Source: Fistulifera solaris
Taxonomy: Eukaryota
Assembly (NCBI GenBank): GCA_030295235.1
Contig: AP026124.1
Span: 2,294,001-2,358,000 of the forward strand
Reading direction: 5' to 3'
Length of the DNA: 64,000 bases
A program made the translations under genes and the position numbers. The notes beneath the pieces were generated by a model, which was not told the origin of the DNA, did not search any database, and worked only from the letters and a program-made list of their open reading frames with translations. This document shows, piece by piece, positions 1 through 12,804 of this stretch. Position 1 is the stretch's first letter. Every line of letters starts with the position of its first letter.

Positions 1-264
1 TCTTGTACCTCGATTAAAAAAGATCATGTACCTAGCCAAAAAAGGCGACGTAGCTGTTGGGCGCAACGAGCGGCACTGAATGATGCGTACCGGCACCCGA
101 TACTTAGTATTTAGGTACGATGCGCGTTAGGTACACGCTCGCGCTCCTGTTTGCTTTGTTATTTTTCTGATGATGCGAGATCTCCCCACACGTCCCATTA
201 TTTAGGAGTAAGAAAGATATCGTCGTGCATGCCCGAAACTGTGTCGTTACAAGCAAAATCCAAT

Positions 265-1691
265 ATGGCTTCCCCCTTGTTCGGTATTATACCGTCCTCG
301 GAACTCCAAAAGCACCAGATTGCAACGAAGAACGGGCAGGATCTACCGACCTACCAATTTTTACGGGCGCCCTCGACGATCGACGAGCTTGCCCACTACA
401 AGAATGGCGTAGTAATCTGGATGGAAGAGACTCTCGTTTTACTGAATTACGGTGAGATAATCGAAAGGTTCTCGTTACCGAAAGTTCAATTCACGGAATA
501 CTATTTCGCACTCAGCTTTCTGCTCAATGATCACACAAAGGTCCATTGCCGGATCTTTGGCGATATGAAAGGATATTGAAGACAGCTTTCTTCTTTACCA
601 GCTTGAAGGTTTCCGAGGGAAAACATTTCAAAAATATATTCATTAATTACCACCGCGGCTTGGCGTTCGATTATTGTCACATGAAGGAGTTTGAGTTGTT
701 GTTCGATTCCATTGCGAAAACCAGAATTGTCATTCTTCTCTCCCATCTGAACGACTTTGTCACGTATTTTGTTACGACACGACCTTATCCGATTCATTTG
801 ACCTTCATTGCCACACACATGGATGGGGAGGTGCTAGTAACGAGTATGCAGGAACGTGCGACACCGTTTGGCTCTCTGGAGTTTCACGGCATTTTGCCGT
901 TGAAGAAGGCTTTACAAGAGATCTGCCGAAATCTTCATTGGTTCGAACATCTTCATTTCAGTGACTTTCCAGGTGATCTCGTCATGAAGTTAGTATCCTC
1001 AAATGTCCCCAGTATCGGTTTTGATATCGACCGCGATACGGAAACGTTGGATTTATCGACGGTGAACATTGTTTCCTCCAAGATTCACATCATTTCCTCG
1101 AGTCGAGAGTTTCCCACGAAATTCATGTTATCATTTTTGCACCGAGTGACGGAACTAGATCAGCTGGAATGCTTTGAATTCAACCGAACGGAGGGCCGTC
1201 CGGTTCCTGACGATGTCAAGAAAGCATTGTTGGGTGCCGTGGCAGCCAGCAAGAAACTGACAAAGCTGACGTTATCGGGCAGTGATGAGTCTCCGATGTG
1301 GGACGGTCTAGTGGAAGATCTCTTTTCCGTTTTGGAGAAACACGAGGCATTTCGCACATTTCGCATTACCCCTTATCCTACAACACTGGACCCACAGTTC
1401 GCGTGGCTCAAGCAATTGTACAAACGGAATCGATACATCGATGTCACTGACTCATCAGGAGACAAACTAGAAGCAGACGATGAGGTGGATCTACTTCTTG
1501 GATTGAATCGTTTCTTTCGTGGATCCAAGAACCTCAAAAAAGAGGCGACGATCACCCGATTGTCTTTCGTGGGAGCTGCTTTGGCGCATAGCGCTGCATG
1601 TGACTTGCCGCGTGCTGGGCAGCTGTTGATGCATCATGTCGATTTATTGTGTGAGATTTTGCATGAGAACGAGCAGATTGGTGAAGCATGA
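265..1691 (+). CDS. Expanded unknown family member, subtype A (~475 aa), one frameshift near 560-575
   Basis: ORF 151..579 (from M at 265: LPTYQFLRAPSTIDELAHYKNGVVIWME) joins ORF 546..1691 (PYPIHL, PFGSL, LDPQFAWLKQL, LNRFF, HVDLLCEIL). The same motif order is seen in 22889-24411. Confidence 0.7.
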
Positions 1692-1769
1692 TGGAAGTAG
1701 AAAGGGGCGAAAGAATATAGCTGCAGCTCGTGTCAGGTATCGGTAGCGCTACTAGTGAGAAGCGCTGAA

Positions 1770-2318
1770 GCGATTGAATTGTTCGAGCGGCTAGAACCAA
1801 AGGAGCTAAATGTACTGTGGTACCAGAGACGACGACTCGTGGTGCTAAGTAGCCACTACAACTTGGCAATGTGTGGCAAGATCTCGACCACCTCGCCTGC
1901 ATCGACTGTTATACAACGTTTTTCCTTTCGCCCGGTACAATTTCGGAGTTGTGCAACGTCACCGAGGTTTGGTCTAATTGGAGAAGTGTTGATGCAATCT
2001 TTCGAATGGTGGATCCCTAATATAGTATATATTAAAGCAGCTCTTGAATCGCAACAGGAACATTCAAGTGATTGATTACGGAGACGACCACGGCAAAGTG
2101 AGCTACCATGAGAGATTCGTCATTTGTATGCGTTCAACCGCTTCTTTCAAAACTTTGCACGTCTTCCAATCGAATCACGGTCTCTTGTACCCTCGCTCCT
2201 CGGAAACGCGTTAAATCGCTGTGCTAGCCGTGATTTTCGATGGTCTGCGCTTCTGATAGCGCACCATTTGGTTTGGATGTCGCTCTGGAGTTTGCGAATG
2301 GAGATACAATCTCTTTAA
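1770..2318 (+). pseudogene. Degraded, internally deleted copy of the expanded family
   Basis: ORF 2124..2318 YAFNRFFQ...PSLLGNAL...ASRDFRWSALLIAHH matches the family C-terminus. The 5' boundary is uncertain. Confidence 0.6.
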
Positions 2319-2620
2319 AAAATTCGGGATAGACGAAAAAGTACATAGCCTACTCCGGAGTAATCCATTTTTCATCGGTAACTGGGCATCTTCGTTTACG
2401 TAGTTATTGCTCATCTAACAAGTGCATCAACAATTTCATGATTGTTTCTCTTATGGAATGCATCGAAAAGAAACGCAATAAACCAAAGCGTGAAACACGA
2501 CTTTGGATGATCTCCGAACGCATGCGTACCTTGGCGCTTACGAAGTGTCCAATGGCGGTCACTTTGAATTATGCTTTGTAAACGGCTTTACCCTCCTGTC
2601 TGTCGATTGTCTTATATCTT

Positions 2621-3925
2621 TCAATGCTCTTCAAATCCAAACGATGTTTCCGTATCCATGGCGTGGTTGGCCAACCAATCCGCTCGTTTGTTGTACTCGC
2701 GCGCAATGTGCGTGACGCTTATGGTTTGAAATTCCTTCATGACGTCCCGCGTCGGCCCCCACAATTCTTTTAGTTTCGGATCCCGCACTTGATACACCCC
2801 ATTCAATTGTTTGACGACCAATTCACTATCCCCCTGGGCTTGGATACGCTGGATGCCCAACGATTTGGCACACAGCAATCCCAACAGTATGGAATGATAC
2901 TCGGCCATGTTGTTGCTCATCGGTGGCTTTAAGTACTTCCATCCACACCAGACTTCGTGTCCTTGATCGTCAAATAAGACCATGCCACAACCCGATTTCC
3001 CCGCCGGATTGCCCCGGGCACCCCCATCGAATTGCAACAAATACGTGCGTTGCGGATCAATGATTGTAGCGTCTTGTGTGGGATTGTTATTCGGGTTGGA
3101 TGTGGATGAATAATTGCTGTTATCATCACTACTTTCATCATCCTTCGTCATCGCTTGCCGTACTATGTTTTCGTCGTCGTTGGTGTCGGAAGACGCCTGC
3201 TGCTGCGATGCAGTCATCGGGATCAACAGAGGCGGCAACGATGGCTTGCGTTGTTTCCCTTGTCCCGTGAAATGCTGTCCCATGGGATCTCCTTGTTGTT
3301 GTTGCAACAACAACGACGATTTGTTGGTCGCCAAGGCTCGTTTCGCCAATTCCGTCGCTTCGTTGACGTCTGGCACGATGCGGACACGAAAACTCTGCAA
3401 GCGTTCTTCCACTAAATGCATGACTTGCCAATACAGTGGTTTCATGATGCGTTTTTCCATGGGAAAGATTCCTTGTAATTGTTTCGCCAAGACAGCATGA
3501 TCTGTTTCCAAAATCAAATGTTGCGCCCCCAATTGAATGGCGTATTGCAAACCGACAATGAGTGCGGAATATTCCGCCAACGACAGTGCACGATCACTGG
3601 GAAAATAGTGTCGTGCCGTACATTGTGTGCTGTTCTCATCATCATCATCATCATCATCATCATCGTTTTTGAGAACAATCCCAATCCCGGTTCCATCGGC
3701 ATTGAGTTTACTGTATCCTTTGGTTTGTAAAATATACGTGTGTTGTGGATTCAGGAGGAGTAACGAAGTATTGGTGTGAAACGTCGATGACGGAGAGGAT
3801 GGGACTTCGAGAGAGGCTTCTAAAAACGAAGGAGTAATTATTGTCGATGTGCTTCTCCATAATAATCGATCCAGAAGAAAGGGAATGGTAGGACGACGAC
3901 GACTTTGGTTTAGAATCATCATCAT
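2621..3925 (-). CDS. Ribonuclease HI (archaeal/plant-like type) with two tandem RNase H domains; probably organelle-targeted
   Basis: C-terminal domain: LQFDGGARGNP, NNMAEY, QGDSELVVKQL, HIAREYNKRADWLAN. The N-terminal domain is homologous but degenerate. Start chosen at gccgccATG 3925, followed by an Arg/Ser-rich leader. Confidence 0.85.
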   Translation of the reverse strand: MMMILNQSRRRPTIPFLLDRLLWRSTSTIITPSFLEASLEVPSSPSSTFHTNTSLLLLNPQHTYILQTKGYSKLNADGTGIGIVLKNDDDDDDDDDENSTQCTARHYFPSDRALSLAEYSALIVGLQYAIQLGAQHLILETDHAVLAKQLQGIFPMEKRIMKPLYWQVMHLVEERLQSFRVRIVPDVNEATELAKRALATNKSSLLLQQQQGDPMGQHFTGQGKQRKPSLPPLLIPMTASQQQASSDTNDDENIVRQAMTKDDESSDDNSNYSSTSNPNNNPTQDATIIDPQRTYLLQFDGGARGNPAGKSGCGMVLFDDQGHEVWCGWKYLKPPMSNNMAEYHSILLGLLCAKSLGIQRIQAQGDSELVVKQLNGVYQVRDPKLKELWGPTRDVMKEFQTISVTHIAREYNKRADWLANHAMDTETSFGFEEH

Positions 3926-4615
3926 GGCGGCAGTCGTCGGTACCGGTAGAAAGAATGCAGTTATGAAAGAATAATAATAATAATAAAGAGACAACAAATA
4001 TGGCCGTTTCCTATCCGCCTGCACCATGCATATATAACAGAGTATATCGAAAAAAGAGGATAGGATAGATAGAGAGAATGAAAGCTCCAGCAAATACGTC
4101 AAATAATCAGATGATAATAGGTTTGCGTGCTGCAAATGTGTTTCTGGCTCTACAAGTACAAAAGGTATTATGCCGGCAAAATTGCGAATGGTGTCGCCTG
4201 AGAATACCGGAGTAATAATATATTATGCAATCATCACTGCACAGTGAGGGTTCGGGTTATGATGTGTTTTGGGTGGAGGATATCGCTCACATTATTATTT
4301 CGACACGAGTATGACATCATCTCAAGACACGCGGCGCGTTATTGCTCGACATCATCATCCATCATCCATCATCACACGTAGGAATGACGTCCGCGAAGAT
4401 TTTGCCGCAAAAAAAAAAAAACAAAATACTGAGTACATTATACTTAGTCTCGTTGTTGATGGGCACACGTGCGAGGACGACGACGACACTGGAATTACTC
4501 CAAAATATTATTATTTGAACTCGTTATCTTCGTTTCGTGCGGAACAGCAAGAAGAAAAAAAAATACACAACTTCAATTCTATCGAATCTCTGAAAACAGG
4601 AAAAAAAAGAAAAGA

Positions 4616-5966
4616 ATGTTGATATCCTTTTTGTTGCAGAAAAGCAGTCGTCGTCCGATGATGATGATGATGTCGATCCAGAAGACGCCTTTTCCAAAAT
4701 CGTCCTTCTTGTCGACCATGGCACGTACGACATCCGCAGCCGTACACATTGATCGATTCACTCCTTCATCTTCTACCAATAGCAGTACTACTACTACACA
4801 ACAGTACCAACAGCGCCTCCCAAATCAAGTCCATCAACGCAATGCCTTGTATCAAGACGAAGTCGCCCGGACGTTAAGGCGATGTCACGGCGTCGGTTCG
4901 TCACGATTGGACCAAAGACGAAATTGCCGCCATTTATCAATTACCCTTTTATGAACTCATGCATCGGGCCAGTATGGTACATCGGATGTATTGGAATCCA
5001 TCCGAAGTACAACAATGTACGTTGCTCAGTATCAAGACGGGCGGATGTACGGAAGATTGTAAATATTGCAGTCAATCGACGCGTTATAAAACGTTTGTCA
5101 AACCAACACCAACAATGAAAGTGCAAGAAGTGTTGCAAGCAGCACAACGTGCCAAAGACGCTGGATCGACCCGATTTTGTATGGGTGCCGCGTGGCGGGA
5201 ATTGGGCAACAAACAAAATGCTTTTGCACATATTCTCGAAATGGTCCGGGGCGTTAATGCCATGGGACTCGAAGTTTGTTGCACGTTGGGTATGTTGACC
5301 GCCGAACAAGCCCAACAACTCAAACAAGCGGGATTGACGGCGTACAATCACAATTTGGATACATCACCCGAGCATTATCCCAACGTCATTACGACACGCA
5401 GTTATGAAGATCGATTGCAAACAATTGCCAATGTGAGAGATGCGGGCATTAGTGTGTGTTGTGGTGGTATTTTGGGATTGGGTGAGAAAGAAACGGATCG
5501 AGTGGGATTGTTGCACGTATTGGCGACGTTACCGGAACATCCGGAATCGGTGCCGATCAATGCTTTGGTGGCGGTACAAGGTACACCTCTCGGTGATCAG
5601 CAACAACAACAAGAAGACGAAGATCAAGAAGAAGATGCCATGAAATCGGTGGATGTCTTTGATATGGCCCGCATGATTGCGACGGCTCGTATCGTCATGC
5701 CCCGTACGATGGTCCGTCTTTCGGCGGGACGATTGTCATTCAGTGATGCGGAACAATTCCTCATGTTCCAAGCCGGTGCCAATTCCATCTTTAATGGTGA
5801 TAAATTGTTGACCACGTCCAACCCGGAATTTGACGCCGATCAAGCCTTGTTTCGCAAATTGGGCTTTCAAGGTAAACCCGCGCATCAAGGTCCTTTGGTC
5901 GCACCGGCCGAAGCGGACGGACATGTCATTGTCACGCACGTACGGGCGGAAGCGCAGTTGGCGTAA
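4616..5966 (+). CDS. BIO2: Biotin synthase (radical SAM), mitochondrial-type leader; frameshift near 4876
   Basis: CTEDCKYC radical-SAM motif, YNHNLDTS, VCCGGILGLGE, PESVPIN, RLSAGR, AGANSIF. The upstream VRHDWTKDEI is in frame with ORF 4959..5966. Confidence 0.95.
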
Positions 5967-6125
5967 AACAAGATAAAAAAAATTGGGTAGGAAGACGAGA
6001 AAAGAGATTAAACATAGGATAAGAATCACAGATATACATTGTTATGGTTAGATTTCTCACTCCGTAATAGAGTTCAAAACTTGCATTGCTCGTTACGTTT
6101 TCAATTCAACACCCCTTCTCTTCGT

Positions 6126-6966
6126 TTAGTTGGACATGTTGTGTTCGACACGATCGACATCATCCAATTCCTCTAAAGCATCAATGATTTCCATATTCTT
6201 TTCAAATTCTTCGTCGGAACATTCGACGGGCGCCTTACTGACATAGATTAAGGACATTTCCAAACCTTGCTCGTACCCCATTGACTGAATGGCTTGAAAC
6301 ATGTTGGAGGTTTCGGAGGGATCGGTATAGACGCGCGTTGTTCCTTCTTCTACCACTAGTTCCATATCGGAACATCCCGCTTCAATGGCGGCTTCCAAAA
6401 CCGCTTCTTCTTCCAACACGGCCGGTACTTGAACACATCCTTTCCGATCGTACATGAACAAGACACTACCGGCTTCGGCCATTTTGCCTTCTCTTTTGGA
6501 GACAGTCGATCGGACATCGGCGGTTGCCCGATTGTTGTTGTCGGTCAAGACATGGATGACCAAGGAAGCACCCCCGAATCCGTACGCTTCAAAGATGGAT
6601 TCTTTAAAATCACCTACATTTCCTTCCGAGGCCTTCTTGATGGCCCGCTGAATATTATCTACGGGTACACTTTGAGCTTTGGCCTGTTTCATGACATCGG
6701 CCAAGGCGCGATTGGCATTGGGATCCGGACTTCCGCCTTGTTTGACGGCCATGATGATTTTTTTTACCAAAAATGGCGTTGGTTTTGGCTTTTCGGAGGT
6801 CGGTCTTGGCCTTGGTGGAGGCCCGGACGGCGGCGGCGCGGCCCATATCGAGTTGTGTAGAACTTGTAGTAGTTGTGGGTAATTGTGTTTGTGGTGTCAC
6901 CGTAAACGCCCATGTGGGCGTGTTGAAGACAAGAGTACACAGAAAAAAGAAGAGTGATTGTTGCAT
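6126..6966 (-). CDS. YebC/PmpR/TACO1-family protein, plastid-targeted; frameshift in T-run 6758-6765
   Basis: GGSPDPNANRAL, FEAYGFGG, TDNNNRA, LEELDDVDRVEHN. Signal peptide ends TWA-F. Confidence 0.9.
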
Positions 6967-7957
6967 GATGGCGAGATGAGAGAGAGCTGAAACGATGATT
7001 CCTACAGCGTCCTTGCTTCGATATGCGATCGTCAAATAGAATTCGCACTCTAGTTAGTCTTGAATGATCTTAAGACGTAACGAAGATTTCGTTCTCCGGG
7101 CTGCTTGCTTTCTTACTTTTGGACTCCGTACTTGTACCCTGGTACCGTACTTGGTATGTTATGAGAGCAGGATGTTCGTCGTTATTTGTCACTTTTTTCG
7201 TCGCCAACCAAATCATCGGCGGGTGGAGAAAACGAAAAACACACCGTGCGTCAGTGTCGATGATGCGTGTCGTAGTGGGTTCTAGTGTTAGTCAAAAATG
7301 TGAGTCAGTCATGAGTTACGGTTACGCAAGACGGCGCTCGCGCAACAATTTTGTCAGAGTGCGACGAACTATCGGTAAGAGTGTACTTTCCGATGCACCT
7401 CATCGAAACACTTTTTGTTGAGCGCACGGAAATGCTTCGTCGCCTACTTTTTCTTGGATACTTCCGTGCGCGTCGGCCGGAAATCGTTTTTCGGTTCCGT
7501 ACGCTGCACAACGACGCAACTACCCGCAAGAGCCTCTCTTTCTTTTACTCCGTATTTTGGAACGACAAAGAGGACATCGATCGATCGTTCGTTCGTTCGT
7601 TTTTGGTTGGTTGATTTCTTCGTAGAACGCGTTTAACGACAACTCCTCTTTGGTTGCGTTTTACCGGGGTGCCGACCCGTCGTGGAATGAGATTTGTTTT
7701 CTGGAAACCAATTCTTTTTTTTTATTAAATATTTTGTAGTCATCACATCATCGATTGCAGCGTCTCACAGAGATACCAAGAGCTTCACCATTTTCGTGCA
7801 CATGCAGAGAAAAATACATTGTAAACAACCATTGAGGTAGGGAAGAATTCAAAAAGAAAGAAACACGGCAACAGTCATTTCCTGCTTGAAGGGCGGAGAA
7901 GGACATCATGGTACGTGTAGAGAACGAAAAGACAACGAATTCCATCGTTCTCTCGGA

Positions 7958-10882
7958 ATGATCTCATTCTTGTGCATCTCGCCAAAGGTCTTTTGCTGCA
8001 TTGCCATTGTGGCAATTGCCATTGTGTATTTCATTGGATTATGGATTCGACAATTGTTTTTGGGACGGCGTCGCGATCCTCATTTTGCGGCATGGCCACC
8101 CCCACCCCGTGCCTTGGCGGGCAACGGGGCGTGGCCCGTCTATGGTCATACGCGATTGTTTCGACGGCACGTCGGCGATGTCATGTTAAAATTTGAACCG
8201 CAATGGACGGAATATGCGATCGCGGGACGTCCCTTGGGCAACTGTTTTGCGATTTTCATTTGGGGACAGTGGCGTGTCGGCATTCAGGGACCGGAACGGG
8301 CCCAACAATTCTTCTCAACAGCCGTTGCAAGAAGGATGGCCGTGGACGCCGCCCGTGACGTTATTGGGAAAATCCTGTCTCGCCTTGTTGCAACAAGAAG
8401 ATATCGGACAAGCCAAGAGTTTGCGGGGTATGTTGCAAAAGCCATTGTCGGCGAACGCTCTGCAACGATTCGCTCCGGTGTTTGCTCAAGCCGCCGAACA
8501 GTGTTTGCTGGCGATCGAACAAGGTGTCTTTCGCAAAACACGGTCGCCGCAAAAGCAACGACCCGATCAATGTGTGGCGTCACCGACGGATAATGGTTGT
8601 TGTGAGGACGAAGAGGAAGACGAACTCGAAGAAGGTGCTTGTTGTAAACTCAAATGGGAGGCATTGCGATCGTATAGCTTAGATTTAGTCAATGGGCCTT
8701 TGTTTGAAATAAATTTATGGAATGAAGAGACAGTAAGTCCTTTTAAAACCAGCTCTCACGAAGCATCCTTTCGAAAAGAAGAAGAACCAACGACTTGGAA
8801 AGCCGCGTTGACAAAATGGAACACACCGAAACATACGAGAAAGGACGAACCGCCTTCCCGTGAATTGATGTTATTATGGATGGAACGAATCAAACTAGGT
8901 TTAGATGTCATTAAATTGACATTTGGACCGGAATGGATGTATGTTTGGATGTTCAATGAATACGGAAGAGCCGTCAATGCGCGCATGTACGTGGAGAAAC
9001 TCATAGGTGGGCATGTGGAGCGTATGGCGGCGTTAGTTCCGCAAGTAACACATGAACGCGGACATGTCTACCACGAACCCACCACACAACCGTTTCCTCT
9101 CTTGACGTTGCATCAGAATTTGGTGCATAGTAAAGAAGGCATCTTTGGAGATTTTTCGGTCTATCCCACGCCAGCGAAAATGGTTGGAGTGGAAGAGGCG
9201 ACTCCGGAAAATCGTCCGCGATGCAATAGCATGCCCGGTACTTTGGTCGCCGAACTGTCGCCGGCGAAGGATGAATGCTTTGAGTCGCCTTATGTGACTC
9301 CCTTTAAAACAGAACAAGATTTGGCCCGAGTCAGTCCGGTACGGAAGCTTGAAAGTATATCTCCGGAAAGCACGCAATGTGGATTGAAAAAAATTCATTT
9401 AGAGGGTTTTCCACAAGGTGCATCCATGTCACCTTTGAGTAAAAGAGGCACTTCCCCGTTCCCACAATGGAAGAGTCGTCCCTTGGCACGTCCTCTGACG
9501 GACACGAACGAAGCGACAGATGGAGCCAAGAAGCGGCACCAAAAGAAAAGCGTCAGCGAAGTCTTTCGAGAAATAAAAGCGAATCGGGAAAAGCAGAAGC
9601 ATTTATCCGATGACGGTCAAGTCGTTTATAGCTTTTTCAATCCCACACAGCGAAGATCATTTGACGAAGCCGATGACGCACCTGTAATGAAGGTTGTTAA
9701 GACGATGGATGGCAAGAAATCGACGGTAGAAAAAGAGATTCCTACCCGTTGTGCACCAGAAACTAGGGGAGACGACAGAAGTGATTAGCAAAGAAATTGC
9801 ATCACAATCGACCCAACGGATATCAAATGTACATAAACAAATCGAACAGCGATCAGTGACAAACGGCATCCATCTGAAAACCTTGTCGTCGTCGGCTTCT
9901 GGGTCAAATACTGAATCAGTAAAACGCTTTGCAACACCCCGAACACCAATGGTGACACCTTTCCGTCAGCAGAAGAGGGTACGCAGTACAGGGAAGAAGA
10001 AACCGATTCTTGATACTGGCAATACCAAGGTACAGTCGCTTCTACAAACCTTGTTGCAACAACGAGGTCCAGAGGGAAAGGGTATATCGCAAACGACTTT
10101 AATGGAGCTGATCATCAACATATGGATGATGTTGGAAGTTGGAAATGCTTGGACTGCCATGGCAATGACATTGTTGGCATGGGACGAGACTGCACTGGGT
10201 GTGATTCAGGAAGAATTAGATGTTCTCGAACTAGAGTACGGCGGCGAACTCTTCTCTCCCGCAGCGTTGGAGCGTATGAAATATCTCGATGCTCTCATTT
10301 ACGAATCAATACGTCTGATACCTCCGTTCTTGGGAGGACTGAAGTCGACTACTGAAACGGTTATTCTGAAGGATACCGGCGTACAAATTCCAAAAGGATC
10401 ACACATCTTCTTCTGCCAGCCATCGCGACAGGAATTTGATCTTCTTGCAGCAGTCGGCAAACGTCCGGAATGTCTTGGTCAAAAATATCCTTGTATCGAA
10501 CTCTTTGGCTTTCTTCCACTGCAGGGTCTTGAGGTGCCACTGATGGTGTTGCAATGCAAGGTTTTTTCTGATTGTGACGCTTCGAAACTACGCACCTGCT
10601 GTCTCGAAACGAAATACGTTTATACGTCGAGTCAAATCTGCCGTGAGCTTCCGAAAAAGTCAGCATTTCGAAACTCCCGAAGCATCGTTAAGATCCTGGG
10701 CAGGATTCACGGATGTTGCCGAAGGTTCGAACCATTCCACGTGGGATGTGGAAGACGGGCCTGCGGCGGCCGCGGATCAAAGTAACCATAGGATGACCCC
10801 TTCAGAAGCGCTGAAGCGGTTTACGAAAATTCCATTTCCGGAGCCCAAGCGGGTGATTCAGTTGAAACCACGTGGTCTTTAA
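7958..10882 (+). CDS. Highly atypical cytochrome P450-like protein; frameshifts near 8310, 9750 and 10565
   Basis: N-terminal TM anchor and Pro-rich hinge (WPPPP...WPVYGHT), K-helix YLDALIYESIRLIPP (ExxR), GVQIPKG, L-helix-like QCKVFLIVTLRNY. Long low-complexity insert. Confidence 0.7.
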
Positions 10883-11316
10883 AAAGTGAAGGATGATTCA
10901 TGTTTAACCTCAAAGTATCATACAAACAATGTGTTAGAAAATCTGACACTATAATAATGCATATTATATCATGTTACCGACCCTCAATCAACTTTAATTC
11001 TCTTGCTGAATTTATTAGCCTCTAGATTGACTAAAAAGTTTTGTAGAAATGATATTTGACAACCCAGTCCTTGAAATTACCGGAGTAAATTATAGAGAGC
11101 AGTATACACGAGTCACGAACAAACAGTGACCCAGCGTCTGACCTTGGTCCCATACCCTTTCGCGCTGCGCTTTGCGCATCATCATCTCGTCTGCTCGCAT
11201 CTCACAACAATAAAAACGAAGAAGATAGCAATACCTGCTAGCATTTTTCAATAAATATCTTCTGTGTTGAGTTCTAGACCAGTCTTAGTCATTATAAGGG
11301 ACTTTCGCTAACAAAA

Positions 11317-11769
11317 ATGTTCCGCTTTCCTTCCTTGCTGTCTCGTACCCCTCGCATGCTCGCCCTGCGACCGTGTTGGCTTTCCTCGATGTCAACGAAT
11401 ACTGCTGCTCTCTTATCAACGAATGTAGATAAGAGTATTCACGACATGTCGAATGAAGAACTGGCGGATACATCGACCATTCCGGGTTGGGAATGGATTC
11501 ATTCACCTCCCCGAAAATTCCCTCGTGGCGCCTTGATCGGGACTGTCGTATCGGATCGCATGCAAAAGACCGTGAATGTGGCCGTCGATCGATTCCGTAT
11601 CATTCCCAAATTGCGATTACGACGACGCTATACACGAAAATTCATGGCACACGATGAACAGGAAGTGGCGAAGATTGGAGATTTGGTGATGATTACCCCA
11701 TGTCATCGTATATCAAAGCACAAGCACTTTATGTTGCGAGAAATTTTACGTCCGAAAGATAAATTGTAA
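11317..11769 (+). CDS. MRPS17: Mitochondrial ribosomal protein S17 (uS17m)
   Basis: GTVVSDRMQKTVNVAV, RKFMAHDE, GDLVMI..CHRISKHKHF; basic Ser/Arg-rich presequence. Confidence 0.9.
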   Translation: MFRFPSLLSRTPRMLALRPCWLSSMSTNTAALLSTNVDKSIHDMSNEELADTSTIPGWEWIHSPPRKFPRGALIGTVVSDRMQKTVNVAVDRFRIIPKLRLRRRYTRKFMAHDEQEVAKIGDLVMITPCHRISKHKHFMLREILRPKDKL

Positions 11770-11974
11770 TGTTAAATGTCTCGTTTCTTCTCACTTTTTA
11801 GGCGAGGACGCCTTCGTTTCTAACGTCTCGGGTTACGAACCATCACAGATCGTTGCGCGGTCGGGTTGATTCTGATGAACTCTCCTTCTCTCTTGCATAT
11901 TCCTTTTTAGTTCATTGCTATGCATATCATGTGTTCTAGTTGTCATACTACAGAATTTAGTATACTTCCAACAA

Positions 11975-12620
11975 AAGGAAAGGTGAAAACTGCACCAACT
12001 CGCATAGCGTGTCCGTATGGTTCGCGAGCAGGAGCGAGGTTCGTCGAAAGTCACCGCTAGCGTTTTGAATCAGCGTCTCGCCGATGAGCGTTGGCTCCTG
12101 TGCGCGCTCTTGCATGTCCCGAAAAAAGCGATTAAAAGTGCGTGTAAAGCTGATCTATCCCCTCACCATCTATCACCCGTTTCCATTCATGACAAGCAAC
12201 TCAATATGCTGATTGCGCTCAAGCAATTGTTTCAACAGCGCATAGCCCGGATCCGCCTTTTTAGGATTACTATCAACCTTAGAATAGCGTAATCCCTCAT
12301 GACGCTCCATAGTTGCGAAAATGCTTACGAGATGTTGATCATACTGGTCGAAAGATTGACGCAAGTGCAGCTCTACCAAACACTGGTTGGCGTCGTTAGC
12401 TCGACAAAGCTCCTTGATAAACACGGCTGATATTTTGGTAGATAAATTGTGGTACTATGAGAAATTTAATTTCACAAAATGCTCCGATTGCGCGATGTAC
12501 GGCGGAAGGACGAAAAGAAAAATTCTTTGTGAGTCTCCAAGTCGTATTGTTCATATTAGACCGACAGCTCTTTGGGTTCAATGCCAGTAAGAGACCGATC
12601 CATCCCCAGACCTTTCTCTG
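11975..12620 (-). pseudogene. Degraded 3' portion of an expanded-family copy (subtype B)
   Basis: Fragments IEPKELSV, IFATMERHEGL, DPGYALLKQLLERNQHIE, NRFF and ASGDF..SLLLANHTDTLCELVQF occur in different frames with stops. Confidence 0.75.
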
Positions 12621-12804
12621 CATCGCTATTCACGCTGATGCCCTTGGCTGAGGCGGTTAAAAATTAAATATAATAAGACAATAGTGTCAGAAGGACACCT
12701 AGTCGTAAAAAACCCGCTCGTTTCCGACAGCTCTTCATGTGATTGAACTTCACCGACGCTAGTGGGAGCGGTTCCCACGAGACAGAAAAAAAGAAGGATC
12801 CGCT

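Noticed and set aside
3637..3664. (CAT)n and similar trinucleotide runs giving poly-M/I/H ORFs in other frames
   Set aside because: Ordinary coding microsatellites (poly-Asp here); the alternative-frame ORFs are by-products.
2621..3925. RNase H as part of a retrotransposon
   Set aside because: No gag, RT, integrase or LTR nearby; it has an organelle-type leader and housekeeping neighbours.
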